The notes: a model not told the origin generated them from the sequence alone. A DNA stretch of 63,933 nucleotides from Bacillota bacterium (GCA_026627155.1 JAPNUJ010000001.1:1-63933), one strand, 5' to 3'. Counted from the stretch's first letter, positions 28,680 to 37,938 are shown. Numbers and translations are program-made.

Positions 28680-29015
28680 ATGTTGGGTACTATCGTTCGC
28701 TTTGTCGTGTCTGCGCTGGTCTTGCTGTTTGTCGGGCTGATCGTGCCTGGGTTCTACATCGCCGGCTTCTGGACGGCTATCTTCGCCGCGATCGTCATCG
28801 CCGCGATCGGTTGGGTCGTCGAGAGACTGTTTGGCCGACGCGTCTCACCGTATGGAAGAGGGATCGTCGGATTTGTCGTCGGTGCGGTTGTCATCTTTCT
28901 CTCGCAGGCCATCGTCCCCGGTATGCACGTGACCGTGCTCGGAGCACTTCTTGCCTCATTGGTCATCGGCATCGTCGACTTGTTCGTCCCCACGACGATG
29001 CGTTCGCGTCCATAA
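28680..29015 (+). CDS. Small 4-TM membrane protein (YvlD/phage-holin-4-like; yshE position)
   Basis: 111 aa and almost entirely hydrophobic. GTGGAGGTGA lies upstream of ATG 28680. The family call is from memory of similar sequences. Confidence 0.5.
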   Translation: MLGTIVRFVVSALVLLFVGLIVPGFYIAGFWTAIFAAIVIAAIGWVVERLFGRRVSPYGRGIVGFVVGAVVIFLSQAIVPGMHVTVLGALLASLVIGIVDLFVPTTMRSRP

Positions 29016-29027
29016 GCCCAGAAGCGG

Positions 29028-29645
29028 TTACACCTTATGCCCCGTACCGAGGGAAGGCCAAGCGCCTTCCCATTTTTCCAGTTGGGAGACGGGTTGACGA
29101 AACATCGGTGCCAAGGCCGAGTGCACGATCTGCGAGCGAACGGGAGACGCGGGGAGGAACGACGCGACGTTCAGACAGACGGCGATCAACAGATACGCCA
29201 CCACCCCGCCCGCAACCAGCCCAGCGATGCGATTAAAAAACGACAGCACTGGCAACGAGAACAGCGTGTTCAGAAAATGTCCGAGATAGCGAATGAGAAT
29301 CAAGGTCAGGTAAAAGAAGATCCCAAACGACAGGCCACTCGCGATCGTCTTGACCAGGATCGGAATCGGGAGCAGGGCACCGGGCTTCGTGCCAAGCAAC
29401 CCGAAAAGGGGAGCGGGGACACCCGGGGCCAAACTGGCCGCTGTCGGAGAGTGGACATGGCGGAAGAGAGTGGTGGACAACAGGTGGTCCAGCCACGGTG
29501 TCATCATGCCGTGAAACTGCCACGCCACGACGTACGCAATGACGGTGCCGAATAATCGGACCAGTTGTCGCACAAAACCGGTCCGATAGCCGTCCCATAA
29601 ACTAAAGAGCAAGATCGCCAAAATTACGTAATCAGCGATATCCAC
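29028..29645 (-). CDS. cvpA: CvpA family membrane protein
   Basis: The N-terminus MDIADYVILAILLFSLWDGYRTGFVRQLVRLFGTVIAYVVAW is CvpA-like. The gene sits next to zapA as yshB does in Bacillus. Confidence 0.8.
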   Translation of the reverse strand: MDIADYVILAILLFSLWDGYRTGFVRQLVRLFGTVIAYVVAWQFHGMMTPWLDHLLSTTLFRHVHSPTAASLAPGVPAPLFGLLGTKPGALLPIPILVKTIASGLSFGIFFYLTLILIRYLGHFLNTLFSLPVLSFFNRIAGLVAGGVVAYLLIAVCLNVASFLPASPVRSQIVHSALAPMFRQPVSQLEKWEGAWPSLGTGHKV

Positions 29646-29651
29646 TGTGCA

Positions 29652-29936
29652 TCACCCCTCGGACGGTTCCGCGAGCGCCGAGCGCGCCTCGAGTTCCAGT
29701 GCGGTTAGCAAATCGTCGTACTCGCGAGCCAGATCGTCGCGTTCCTCGGCTAAATTCAGCGCTGTCAACACAGCGAGCGTCGCCACGTCAAGACGGGGAT
29801 TTTGCTCAAACAGGGCGTTCATCTTGCGGTCAACCGTTTCTGCCAGTTGCATCAGGCGTTCAGGAGAACCGACACCCCGCAACGTGTACACCTGACCGAA
29901 GATATCGACCTTGACGCGATTCTCATCCGCGTTCAC
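29652..29936 (-). CDS. zapA: Cell division protein ZapA
   Basis: Contains RVKVDIFGQVYTLRG...PERLMQLAETVDRKM and LAVLTALNLAEE, and sits upstream of cvpA and downstream of pheT. Confidence 0.85.
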   Translation of the reverse strand: MNADENRVKVDIFGQVYTLRGVGSPERLMQLAETVDRKMNALFEQNPRLDVATLAVLTALNLAEERDDLAREYDDLLTALELEARSALAEPSEG

Positions 29937-30070
29937 CTGCGCACTCCCCCTGCATGGAACTTGACAGTTCGTTGACTCGTTCGCGTACCGATCATCGTAA
30001 AGACCTCTGTTACAGCTATTCGTCGCGTCATTTGCAAATTCCTGCCGCTACATCCGGCAACGGGCACGAA

Positions 30071-32692
30071 CTAGTGGCGAATCGCCGCACCAAGGCGTGC
30101 GGCCGACGCCAGAATCCGGTTCACATAGTCGCTGACCTCATCATCCGTCAGCGTCCGGTCCTGCGCCTGAAACGTAAGCCGTAGCGCCAGACTCTTTGCG
30201 TCGGACCCTACATGGTCACCCGTATACACATCAAAGATCGTGACGGCCTGCAGTTCCGTTCCACCCGCCGCACGCACGTTGGCGACCAGGTCAGCCGCAG
30301 CGAGCGAGCGCGGCGCGACAAACGCCAGATCACGCGCGACGCCCGGGAACTTCGGCAATTCTGCGACAGTGAGGCCAACCTCTGCAGAGGCAGCGAGGGA
30401 TGCGAGACAAAGCTCCGCATAGAACCCCGCTCCGATTCCATACTCGCGCGCCACGGACTGGCGCAGTTGACCCACCACTCCCACCTCGCGGCCGTCGATC
30501 AGGATCCGAGCCGACTGTCCTGCGTGCAGATAGGGTTCATCAGCCGGTAAAAACACAGCGCGCGCTCGCAGTCCGAGGAGAGCGAGGAGGTGTTCCACGA
30601 TGCCCTTGGCGTCAAAAAAGTCCAGCGCACGCGGCTTGCCATGTGGAGACTCCGCCATCGCCTGGCCTGCGAGGAACAGCGCCAGCACTTGCCTCTCTGT
30701 GGGTTGCTCCGTCATCGGCAACGCTCTCGGCGAAAAGACGGTCCCGATCTCAAACACGCGAATATCGCGAATTCGCCGATGGCTGTTGTACTGCGCGACG
30801 TCGAGTAGAGCAAATAACATCGAGGAGCGCAGAAAGCGCCGATCTTCCGACAACGGGTTTTGTAGTTCACCCATCTGCGCCAAGGCGTGATCTGCAGGCA
30901 GCCCCGTGCGCGTGACAACGAATCCCGGAACCAAGGAGTAGGTCCAGACCTCGGTCAGTCCCACGGACACAAGATGCGTGCGCAGTCGACGACGCAACGC
31001 TTGCTCCGGCGTCAGGCGGCCGGGCGTCAGCGGGCCGTGCATCTCCGTCGCCGGTATGCGATCGTAAGAAAGCAGTCGGGCAAACTCCTCGATCATGTCT
31101 TCCTCGCGAGTGATATCCGGGCGTCGCGCGGGGATCTCCACGGAGAGCCTTTGCCCCTCGCGTTGCACGGGAAACTGCAAGCGGCGACAGACGTCGACCA
31201 ACTCGTCGATCGCATAGTCGCAACCCAAAAACGCGCTGACACGCGGAGCATCCAGGCAGATCACCGCAGGTCTCTGATGCAGATCCGCGTCCAAACTGCC
31301 AGTCGCACTCGCTGCCGAAGACATCCCAGACAACGCCCCGTCAGACGTTGTGGCGAGCGGCGGCCGTTTCACCACGGCAGGGGACGCAACGCGGCCGCCC
31401 GCGTAGAGCTGAATCAACGCCACGGCCCGAGCGAGTGCTGGTCCCACAGCATCCGGATCGGTCCCCTTTTCAAAGCGAAGGCCCGCCTCCGAACGCAACT
31501 GCAATGCCTTGCCCGTACGCCGGGTGACGATCGGGTCAAACAGCGCCGATTCAATCACGACCGACCGCGTGGTGTGCGTCACTTCGCTGTTGCGACCGCC
31601 CATGACGCCGCCGAGTCCGAGCGCCTTCTCCGGATCTGCAATCACGATCATGCTGGGTGACAACTGTCGTACCTGCCCATCGAGCGTCTCGAGCCCTTCC
31701 GCCACCTCGGCTTGACGTACGACGATGTGGTGGTGGGCGATCACATCGTAGTCAAACGCATGCAGGGGCTGTCCCCACTCCAGCATGACATAGTTCGTGA
31801 TATCGACGAGGTTACTGATCGGGCGCATGCCCACGGCCAGCAAGCGCATCTGCATCCAGATCGGCGCGGGCCCGAGCGCAACCCCCGTTACGGCCTGAAC
31901 AGAGTAAAGCGGGCAAAGCGGTGTATCCACCGTCGCGGTCAGCGGCAACTCGCTGGCCGGGCCAGCGCCAGCGTCGTGTTCGCCATGTTCGCCATGTTCG
32001 CCAGGTTCGCCAGGCGCCGTCTCCTTTGCGGCGACTGCGTCGTTCCCGTCGCTTCTGGCCATTCCCGAGGCAGGCTGCACCCATCCGGTATCCGCGGACG
32101 GCATCCGCACCGTCCTGCCGTATATCGCGCCCACTTCGTACGCCACGCCGCGCAGCGACAGACAGTCCGAACGGTTCGGCGTCAACTCGAGTTCCATCAC
32201 CATGTCGCCGAGTCCGAGGTAGTCTGCGATGGAGAGGCCGAGGGGCGCATCCCCCGGTAGCACAAAGATCCCGTCGGTCTGCTCTTTGGCCAGCGAGCGA
32301 ACCGGAAGACCGAGCTCCTGTGCCGAACAGATCATGCCCTGCGACTCGACTCCACGCAGCGTGGAGCGCCCAATCGTGAGGTCTGGCAGTCGAGCCCCCT
32401 CGAGCGCCACTGGCACGCGTTGCCCCGCCGCGACATTGGCCGCTCCACAGACGATCGTCACCGGAGCTTCCGTCCCCACGGTCACTCGACAGACGCGCAG
32501 CCGATTGGCATTGGGATGCGGATCGGCCGATAGGACCTCGCCGACCACCACCCGCTCGACCGGATAGGCGAACGGCTCCATCCATTCGACAGGTATTCCC
32601 GCATGGGTCAAATCCATCGCCACCTGCTGCGGTGTCAGACCGTCCAGATCCACATAGTCAGCCAACCAGTTCCACGTTATCTTCACGTCCAC
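30071..32692 (-). CDS. pheT: Phenylalanine--tRNA ligase beta subunit
   Basis: Contains MDVKITWNWLADYVDL, the tRNA-binding domain (VVGEVLSADPHPNANRLRVC), the B3/4 and B5 domains, and a C-terminal FDX-ACB. It carries a ~35-aa insert with a GEH repeat. Confidence 0.97.
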   Translation of the reverse strand: MDVKITWNWLADYVDLDGLTPQQVAMDLTHAGIPVEWMEPFAYPVERVVVGEVLSADPHPNANRLRVCRVTVGTEAPVTIVCGAANVAAGQRVPVALEGARLPDLTIGRSTLRGVESQGMICSAQELGLPVRSLAKEQTDGIFVLPGDAPLGLSIADYLGLGDMVMELELTPNRSDCLSLRGVAYEVGAIYGRTVRMPSADTGWVQPASGMARSDGNDAVAAKETAPGEPGEHGEHGEHDAGAGPASELPLTATVDTPLCPLYSVQAVTGVALGPAPIWMQMRLLAVGMRPISNLVDITNYVMLEWGQPLHAFDYDVIAHHHIVVRQAEVAEGLETLDGQVRQLSPSMIVIADPEKALGLGGVMGGRNSEVTHTTRSVVIESALFDPIVTRRTGKALQLRSEAGLRFEKGTDPDAVGPALARAVALIQLYAGGRVASPAVVKRPPLATTSDGALSGMSSAASATGSLDADLHQRPAVICLDAPRVSAFLGCDYAIDELVDVCRRLQFPVQREGQRLSVEIPARRPDITREEDMIEEFARLLSYDRIPATEMHGPLTPGRLTPEQALRRRLRTHLVSVGLTEVWTYSLVPGFVVTRTGLPADHALAQMGELQNPLSEDRRFLRSSMLFALLDVAQYNSHRRIRDIRVFEIGTVFSPRALPMTEQPTERQVLALFLAGQAMAESPHGKPRALDFFDAKGIVEHLLALLGLRARAVFLPADEPYLHAGQSARILIDGREVGVVGQLRQSVAREYGIGAGFYAELCLASLAASAEVGLTVAELPKFPGVARDLAFVAPRSLAAADLVANVRAAGGTELQAVTIFDVYTGDHVGSDAKSLALRLTFQAQDRTLTDDEVSDYVNRILASAARLGAAIRH
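31978..32013 (-). repeat. Four tandem 9-nt units (gttcgccat/g) inside pheT
   Basis: Read directly from the sequence. It encodes PGEPGEHGEHGEHD in frame. Confidence 0.9.
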
Positions 32693-32754
32693 TTCACCCT
32701 TTCAACGCCCATTTGGCCCATGCAGTTCAACAGCGCGCCGCCATTTCGTCCGCT

Positions 32755-33804
32755 TCAGTGCGCCAGCCCGGAAAACTGCTCGAGCAGTCTCAGGTCATTG
32801 AGATAAAATTGTCGAATGTCCGTCACCCCGTAAAGCAGCATCGCCACGCGCTCTACCCCCATGCCAAAGGCGAATCCGCTCACCTCATGCGGGTCATATC
32901 CTCCGAGTTCCAGGACGCGCGGGTGAACCATTCCACAACCGAGAATCTCGATCCATCCAGTCTGCTTACAGGTCGCACAACCCGCCCCGCCGCAGTAGAT
33001 GCAGCGAACATCCAGCTCCGCGCTCGGCTCGGTAAATGGAAAGAAACTCGGGCGCAAACGCACCTCCTGGTCTGCACCGTACAACTGCCGCGCGAACGTG
33101 AGCAGCGTGCCCTTCAGGTCGCTCATGCGCACACCGCGATCGATCACCAGACCCTCCACTTGGGCAAACGCATGCGAGTGCGTCGCGTCGTCATCGTCCC
33201 GCCGATAGGTCTTCCCCGGTGCGATGATACGCACGGGCACCTGTGGCTGCATTTTCTCCATCGTGCGCGCCTGCACGGGCGAGGTATGCGTCCGTAGCAC
33301 CAAGTCTTCCGTGACGAAGAATGTATCCTGCATGTCGCGCGCGGGATGATCCTTGGGAAAGTTCATTAGCTCAAAGTTGTAATAGTCCAGTTCCACCTCA
33401 GGTCCCTCTTCGATCGCAAACCCGAGCCCGAGGAAGATGTCCTCAATCCGCCGAATCACCTTCTGAAGCGGGTGTTCGGCCCCGAGAAACGGGGTGCGCC
33501 CCGGCAACGTCACATCCACGGCGTCGCCGGCCTCGCGCGCTCGGAGCGCCTGCGCTTCGGCCTGGGCCTTGTGCTGGGCAAAGGCAGACTCCAGTTCCTC
33601 CCGCACTTCGTTCACCACCTGACCCACCACCGGCCGTTCTTCAGCCGACAGGGAGCCCATCAGCCGCAAGGCGCTCGACAGTTCCCCTTTCTTGCCCAAG
33701 AACTCGACGCGCCAAGCCTCGAGAGCCCCCGGATCACCACTGGTTTCAAGGGCCTCCAGTCGTGCGAGTGCCCGCGTGCGCAGTGCCTGTAGCTGTTCGA
33801 TCAT
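32755..33804 (-). CDS. pheS: Phenylalanine--tRNA ligase alpha subunit
   Basis: Contains [29 protein letters not shown] and [21 protein letters not shown] 33804 (MIEQLQ) follows GGGGAGG. Confidence 0.97.
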   Translation of the reverse strand: MIEQLQALRTRALARLEALETSGDPGALEAWRVEFLGKKGELSSALRLMGSLSAEERPVVGQVVNEVREELESAFAQHKAQAEAQALRAREAGDAVDVTLPGRTPFLGAEHPLQKVIRRIEDIFLGLGFAIEEGPEVELDYYNFELMNFPKDHPARDMQDTFFVTEDLVLRTHTSPVQARTMEKMQPQVPVRIIAPGKTYRRDDDDATHSHAFAQVEGLVIDRGVRMSDLKGTLLTFARQLYGADQEVRLRPSFFPFTEPSAELDVRCIYCGGAGCATCKQTGWIEILGCGMVHPRVLELGGYDPHEVSGFAFGMGVERVAMLLYGVTDIRQFYLNDLRLLEQFSGLAH

Positions 33805-34181
33805 CCGTTGCATCCTCCCCATTCGTTGCACAGGTGCGAAAACAGCAAAACCGCAGTCGCCAAAACGACAAAAAAGCATTCGCCAAGGGACGAACACTTC
33901 GTGGTACCACCCAAGTTTCGAAAGTCGCGCATCACGAGTTGGACAACGGGCACGCGCCGATCCATCAAGCAGCGTTCCACGTCAGGTTGCACGCAACTTT
34001 CCTCAAGCCCTCGTAACGTAAGGCGCACGGCCCAGCCTACTTGAACCTGACTGCGTCAGATCCCGTTCAACCAGACACTTCCCGAGTGAACTTCCCCCAT
34101 CCCAGCGCGGCGGACACTTGCAGTCTCGGTGTCCACTCCCTGTACGGCCGTCAACTGGGGTACTCTCTCGTTCATTAGTTT
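33805..34181 (-). promoter_or_regulatory. T-box leader, Phe specifier (UUC)
   Basis: The minus strand has AACGAGAGAGTA (stem I), the specifier context GGGGAAG-UUC-ACUC (UUC = complement of 34088..34090), the T-box GGGTGGTACCACG (33913..33901), and then GCTTTTTTGTCG. Confidence 0.85.
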
Positions 34182-34187
34182 GGCATC

Positions 34188-34216
34188 ATTATACAGGAGA
34201 GAACGGGCGCATGCAA
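34188..34216 (-). promoter_or_regulatory. Sigma-A promoter of the pheS leader (TTGCAT-N17-TATAAT)
   Basis: TTGCAT lies at 34216..34211 and TATAAT at 34193..34188, with an exact 17-nt spacer. Confidence 0.7.
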
Positions 34217-34267
34217 CTGTTCGCGCATCGGCTCGCGTCGCGGGCCAGCCGGATACCAAGTGGCTAC

Positions 34268-34732
34268 TCACACACCTGTCGCTAAGGCGATGAGCTTCTC
34301 GGTAATTTGATGTCGTAAATACAAATTCTTCTCCTCACAATACTGTACGGCTGGCATGATCCACATTTCTCTTGGGTACTGCGACACTGGATAAGGTTTT
34401 CTCTCTTCTGGTTCCCAAGCATACCTCGGAAAGACGTGAGCATGCAGAAACTCATCGGAATTCCCATAAATAGAATAATTCATTCTCCTTGGATGACATA
34501 CAGACTGAATCGCTTCGCCAAGCAGGCTCATATCTCGCAAGAAGTCGGTCTTGGCGTCCAAACTCAAGTCTTCAAGCGATCCCACTTTAGGATAGGCCAG
34601 TAGTACACAATACCCAGGAAGGAATTGCGTATCCCCCATCACTGCATAGCCACTTTTCATCCGGGTGAGGACCATCGGGTTTTCATTCCGTTCAATCGCG
34701 CCGAACCTATCTTTTTTCCAATCTTCACTCAT
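34268..34732 (-). CDS. HIT-like (histidine triad-related) small protein, low G+C
   Basis: 154 aa. GYCVLLAYPKV...RMNYSIYGNSDEFLHAHVFPRY resembles a HIT fold with a degenerate HxHxH motif (HAHVF). Hand counts of three 60-nt samples give 35-55% G+C against ~63% in the flank. Confidence 0.5.
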   Translation of the reverse strand: MSEDWKKDRFGAIERNENPMVLTRMKSGYAVMGDTQFLPGYCVLLAYPKVGSLEDLSLDAKTDFLRDMSLLGEAIQSVCHPRRMNYSIYGNSDEFLHAHVFPRYAWEPEERKPYPVSQYPREMWIMPAVQYCEEKNLYLRHQITEKLIALATGV

Positions 34733-34742
34733 GAGATTCCCT

Positions 34743-35207
34743 CTATCCCCGCGAAATGTGATGATCTTTCACCGTCCCAATCGCGTAGGAAAGGGCTAGC
34801 CCAACCACCGTCCACGCCACTACGATAGTGGTCAGTTCTCCATAATGAAACGCATTCCAACCTCCGAGCCACTTCACACAGGCCGTGACCAAAGCGAAGG
34901 AGAGAACCGGCCAGTCCGTGTCAAAGACAAGGACCAACCAAGCGCCTGCGATCCAAAGCACGCAGAGCAGTCCAGCCCCTACGGCGGCTACCCAGGCCAA
35001 TGCAACTGGGAACTTTGCGACTTTGCGGCGGCTGGACCCGCCCACGCTATCCGTCCCTTGCCGCAAAATGAGCGAGTGCAGCGACTCGCGCAGCTCCACT
35101 GGCGGGTCAGGCGTATGCGCGAGGCCGTCTTTCAGTTCTTGCGGCCAGTTACCCAAGCGGGGGCGTGAGTCCACCTGAATTCCCCTTTCCCGCGGCGTGC
35201 CTGCCAT
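34743..35207 (-). CDS. Putative membrane anti-sigma factor partnered with the upstream ECF sigma
   Basis: The gene overlaps the 3' end of the ECF sigma gene. It has a soluble ~60-aa N-terminus followed by 3-4 TM segments and no recognisable ZAS motif. The assignment rests on context only, and the start is uncertain (ATG 35207 or GTG 35174). Confidence 0.45.
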   Translation of the reverse strand: MAGTPRERGIQVDSRPRLGNWPQELKDGLAHTPDPPVELRESLHSLILRQGTDSVGGSSRRKVAKFPVALAWVAAVGAGLLCVLWIAGAWLVLVFDTDWPVLSFALVTACVKWLGGWNAFHYGELTTIVVAWTVVGLALSYAIGTVKDHHISRG

Positions 35208-35793
35208 CTTCGAGACCGTCTTGGCGCAGCCGCTGCAAATGCTGTCTGCCCCGATGCAAGAAGTTGCGAACTTGATGTACCGATATTCCCATGATGTGTG
35301 CCACTTCGTTATAGCTCAAGTCATCGGTGGCGTGAAGCGTGATCGCCACCCGTTGCCTAGGCGGTAACTCCCACAGCCATCTTATCAAATCTGCACGCGC
35401 CAGGTTGCGCAGGGCCGCTTCTTCCGCACTGTCCGTACTCACGTCCAAGTGCTCGGTGTGCGCCTGCACCCATTGTTCCTGGCGACGTACTCTTCGCGCC
35501 GCACGCAGATAGGTACGTGTGGCGATCGTCAACAGCCAGGTCTTGGGTGACGCATCGCCACGAAAGGTCTCGCGGGCGGAGAACGCTTGCAAAAAGGTTT
35601 CTTGCGTCAGGTCGCTCGCCTGCTCTGGATCTTGCGTATAGCGGTAACACCAGCGATAGACATCGGCATAGTACAGATCCACCCACGTGTGAAACGATGT
35701 TTCAGACGGCGGCCGCTCCAAGCAGTACACCGTCCCTTCCACGCACGACTGTTCTGCCACGAGATACCTACCTTCTATATCTAGGAATAGCAC
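35149..35793 (-). CDS. ECF-type RNA polymerase sigma-70 family factor
   Basis: Region 2 (YYADVYRWCYRYTQDPEQASDLTQETFLQAF) and region 4 (ELPPRQRVAITLHATDDLSYNEVAHIMGISVHQVRNFLHRGRQHL). GTG 35760 after GAAGGTAGG is a plausible alternative start. Confidence 0.85.
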   Translation of the reverse strand: MLFLDIEGRYLVAEQSCVEGTVYCLERPPSETSFHTWVDLYYADVYRWCYRYTQDPEQASDLTQETFLQAFSARETFRGDASPKTWLLTIATRTYLRAARRVRRQEQWVQAHTEHLDVSTDSAEEAALRNLARADLIRWLWELPPRQRVAITLHATDDLSYNEVAHIMGISVHQVRNFLHRGRQHLQRLRQDGLEDGRHAAGKGNSGGLTPPLG

Positions 35794-35813
35794 AAAATTT
35801 TCTTTCTGGCAAT

Positions 35814-35841
35814 TGAAACGATTCGGCGTCCGTCGACTCTA
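35814..35841 (+). promoter_or_regulatory. ECF-like promoter candidate TGAAAC-N16-ACTCTA upstream of the DUF4097-like operon
   Basis: TGAAAC lies at 35814..35819 and ACTCTA at 35836..35841, 44 nt before GTG 35885. The -10 is weaker than the CGTC consensus. The same hexamer read on the other strand (TAGAGT) pairs with TTGAAT-N17 as a possible sigma-A promoter for the sigma gene. Confidence 0.35.
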
Positions 35842-35884
35842 CTCTTTACAAGACAGCCATTCAAAGAGGAGGGGGTGAAGGGAC

Positions 35885-36784
35885 GTGTTGGAAGTGACAA
35901 GCAGGACCAAGCGGCTCTTGATTGTCGCATTTTCTGTGGCGATCAGTTTGGTGATCATCCTCAGCGCAGCGCTCATGTTGAATTTCAGCCGGAACGCGCA
36001 GCGGTTTTTGCAATCCGGAAGCCTGCGCATCAACGCAAACGGCGTCGATGCGAGCGGATTTTCAGCATTGTTTGACCAGTACGAGTCCACAGCACACTTG
36101 CTCAAACGGTATCCGCTGGCGGGCGCATCCACTTTGATCGTGGCGATCCCTATCGGTGACATCCGTGTAGTGGAAACGGCCGGAACAGAGGTGGTCGTGC
36201 ACTGCGATGTAACGACCAAAGGCAGCACGGCGAGTACCGCTCGAGCCAACGCTTCTCGCTACTACGTGAGCTCCAGTAGCTACGCAAACGCGCTGTCCCT
36301 TGGCATCGGCGATACAGACAATGCCGACTATCACCTTGAACGTATGCAGATGATCGTAGACGTTCCGCGAGATGTGTCTGTGACGGTCCGCAACCGCCTT
36401 GGAAACATTCACGTGTCTGGACACTTTCCCTCGATGTCGCTGCACGATAATATGGGCAACATCGACTACACTGGCGCTACTACAAGATCCCTGACCGTCA
36501 CGGATCTGATGGGCAACATCCATCTGCTCCTTCTCCCCGGTAGCACCACGGACGTCACTGACAATCTGGGCAACATCGATGTGTCCCTGGAGCCTGGACG
36601 CACGGTCAGCGTCACGGCAACGGCTACCATGGGAACGGTTTCGACCGGGACATCAGGGACGTCGGCGACAAACGGTGTCGTGCAGACCGTTCTGGGCAGC
36701 GGAACCCGGCAGGGCACCATGCGTCTGCAGGACAACTTGGGCGACGTGAGCGTATCATCGGCGTCCGTGGGAGGTGGACAGTAG
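35885..36784 (+). CDS. DUF4097/LiaG-like beta-strand-repeat protein with an N-terminal TM anchor
   Basis: One TM (LLIVAFSVAISLVIILSAALML), then four ~20-aa repeats containing (L/M)GNI(H/D). GTG start follows GAGGAGGGGG. Confidence 0.6.
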   Translation: MLEVTSRTKRLLIVAFSVAISLVIILSAALMLNFSRNAQRFLQSGSLRINANGVDASGFSALFDQYESTAHLLKRYPLAGASTLIVAIPIGDIRVVETAGTEVVVHCDVTTKGSTASTARANASRYYVSSSSYANALSLGIGDTDNADYHLERMQMIVDVPRDVSVTVRNRLGNIHVSGHFPSMSLHDNMGNIDYTGATTRSLTVTDLMGNIHLLLLPGSTTDVTDNLGNIDVSLEPGRTVSVTATATMGTVSTGTSGTSATNGVVQTVLGSGTRQGTMRLQDNLGDVSVSSASVGGGQ

Positions 36785-36785
36785 C

Positions 36786-37178
36786 ATGTCGATCACGGGT
36801 GTGCCCTTTTCGTTCCCGGGACTCGGCCTGATCCCGATAGTCGCGATCTTGTTCCCGGTCTTTCTTCTCGCCGTCATCCTCGGCTTTATTCTCCTGATGC
36901 GTTATCTCAGGTACAAGGAGAGTGTGAACATGATCCATCGCCCTGTTCCCCCGACGCCCGACTCTATGCAACAGATGTCGCCTCTGCAAGCCCGCACCAT
37001 GAACCCTTACGCTCGTCTGCGGTCCGGTATCATCACCTCCATGGTGGGCATCGCGCTCATCATTGGGCTGCTCACGATCGGCGTCGGGCCGTGGTTGCTG
37101 GGCGGGTTGATACCGCTCGCCGTTGGCCTCGGCGAGATCTTGACATTTATCATCATGATGCCGACTCGCGACCGCTAG
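36786..37178 (+). CDS. Hypothetical membrane protein (130 aa, 2-3 TM)
   Basis: ATG 36786 lies 7 nt after GGAGGTGGA and 1 nt after the upstream stop. Hydrophobic segments flank a Pro-rich loop. I recognise no family. Confidence 0.5.
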   Translation: MSITGVPFSFPGLGLIPIVAILFPVFLLAVILGFILLMRYLRYKESVNMIHRPVPPTPDSMQQMSPLQARTMNPYARLRSGIITSMVGIALIIGLLTIGVGPWLLGGLIPLAVGLGEILTFIIMMPTRDR

Positions 37179-37363
37179 CGCTCGTCGCCAAGTCGGCGTC
37201 CGAGACCTCAAGATCCTCCATTCATCTACTTTGGCACCCGTCTTCGCGCCCTCCGGCCTACTGAGACAGTGATGTCCTGCGAGTGCCGTGCCACGCCGCC
37301 TCTGAGCGGCATATTCTAGAAAAGGACAACGAATACAGGCCGACACCGGAACGGAGGGTGACC

Positions 37364-37633
37364 ATGAACGGACATGAAGACATTCAGCACTGCTTTCTGC
37401 CGATCTTTCTCTTATTCGGACTGGGCGGAGCGGAAGGCGCCGCCGCCCGCGGACCACGTGGCCGCCTGCGCACGCCCTTTGTCGGGAGACCGGTTGCCGG
37501 ATATGGCGCGGTATCGCCGCGCGCCCCCGGCGCGTACCGGGCATACAGCCCATACGGGCCGTACGGACCGTATGGGCAAAACCGGGGTGCCCTCAGGCGA
37601 CCTGCGGGGCCACTCGTCGGACGCAGACCGTAG
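37364..37633 (+). CDS. Hypothetical small basic protein (89 aa) with a PYGPYGPYG motif
   Basis: A strong RBS (GGAGGG, 37353..37358) lies 5 nt before ATG 37364. The protein has a hydrophobic N-terminus (CFLPIFLLFGLGG) and then an Arg/Pro/Gly/Tyr-rich tail. It is the internal start of ORF 37283..37633. Confidence 0.45.
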   Translation: MNGHEDIQHCFLPIFLLFGLGGAEGAAARGPRGRLRTPFVGRPVAGYGAVSPRAPGAYRAYSPYGPYGPYGQNRGALRRPAGPLVGRRP

Positions 37634-37938
37634 CGTCCGCGAGTGTAAGCCAGCGAAAGATCGGGAAATATTGCCCTCAACGCTGCCGTGGCGTAGGTGT
37701 CTTATGCGCCCAACAGAGCGGGTAGCTTGAGTCGCCTAAACGAGTTCGAGGCAGGCGCCCTCTGCGCGCTCGCCTCGAGCTCATTTTTCAGGAAGACACG
37801 GCAGCCGGACTTGGCTAGCCGGACTCTGGCGGCGGGACGTCGCCATCCTGGCCGCTGCGGCTTGACCCCTTGGACATTTCCTGTGCGTGCTCCACATGCG
37901 GTATAATCGAACCAACGCGTGGAAGGAGCTTGCGCACG

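Noticed and set aside
34056-34271. 71-aa minus-strand ORF
   Set aside because: It coincides with the pheS promoter and T-box leader (stem I and the specifier region) and has no RBS.
36624-37553. 309-aa minus-strand ORF, plus similar long antisense ORFs (14121..15050, 20207..21088, 31812..32585, 38640..39305, 45508..46887, 47357..48208, 54890..55867, 57177..58118)
   Set aside because: Each lies opposite a gene with strong family motifs. All are Arg/Pro/His-rich with no RBS, which is expected in ~60% G+C DNA.
37902-37907. TATAAT hexamer as the promoter of the ABC operon
   Set aside because: It is a perfect -10 element but has no acceptable -35 at 16-18 nt (TTCCTG/TCCTGT) and no TGn extension. 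That is too weak to list as a feature, although it may still be functional.
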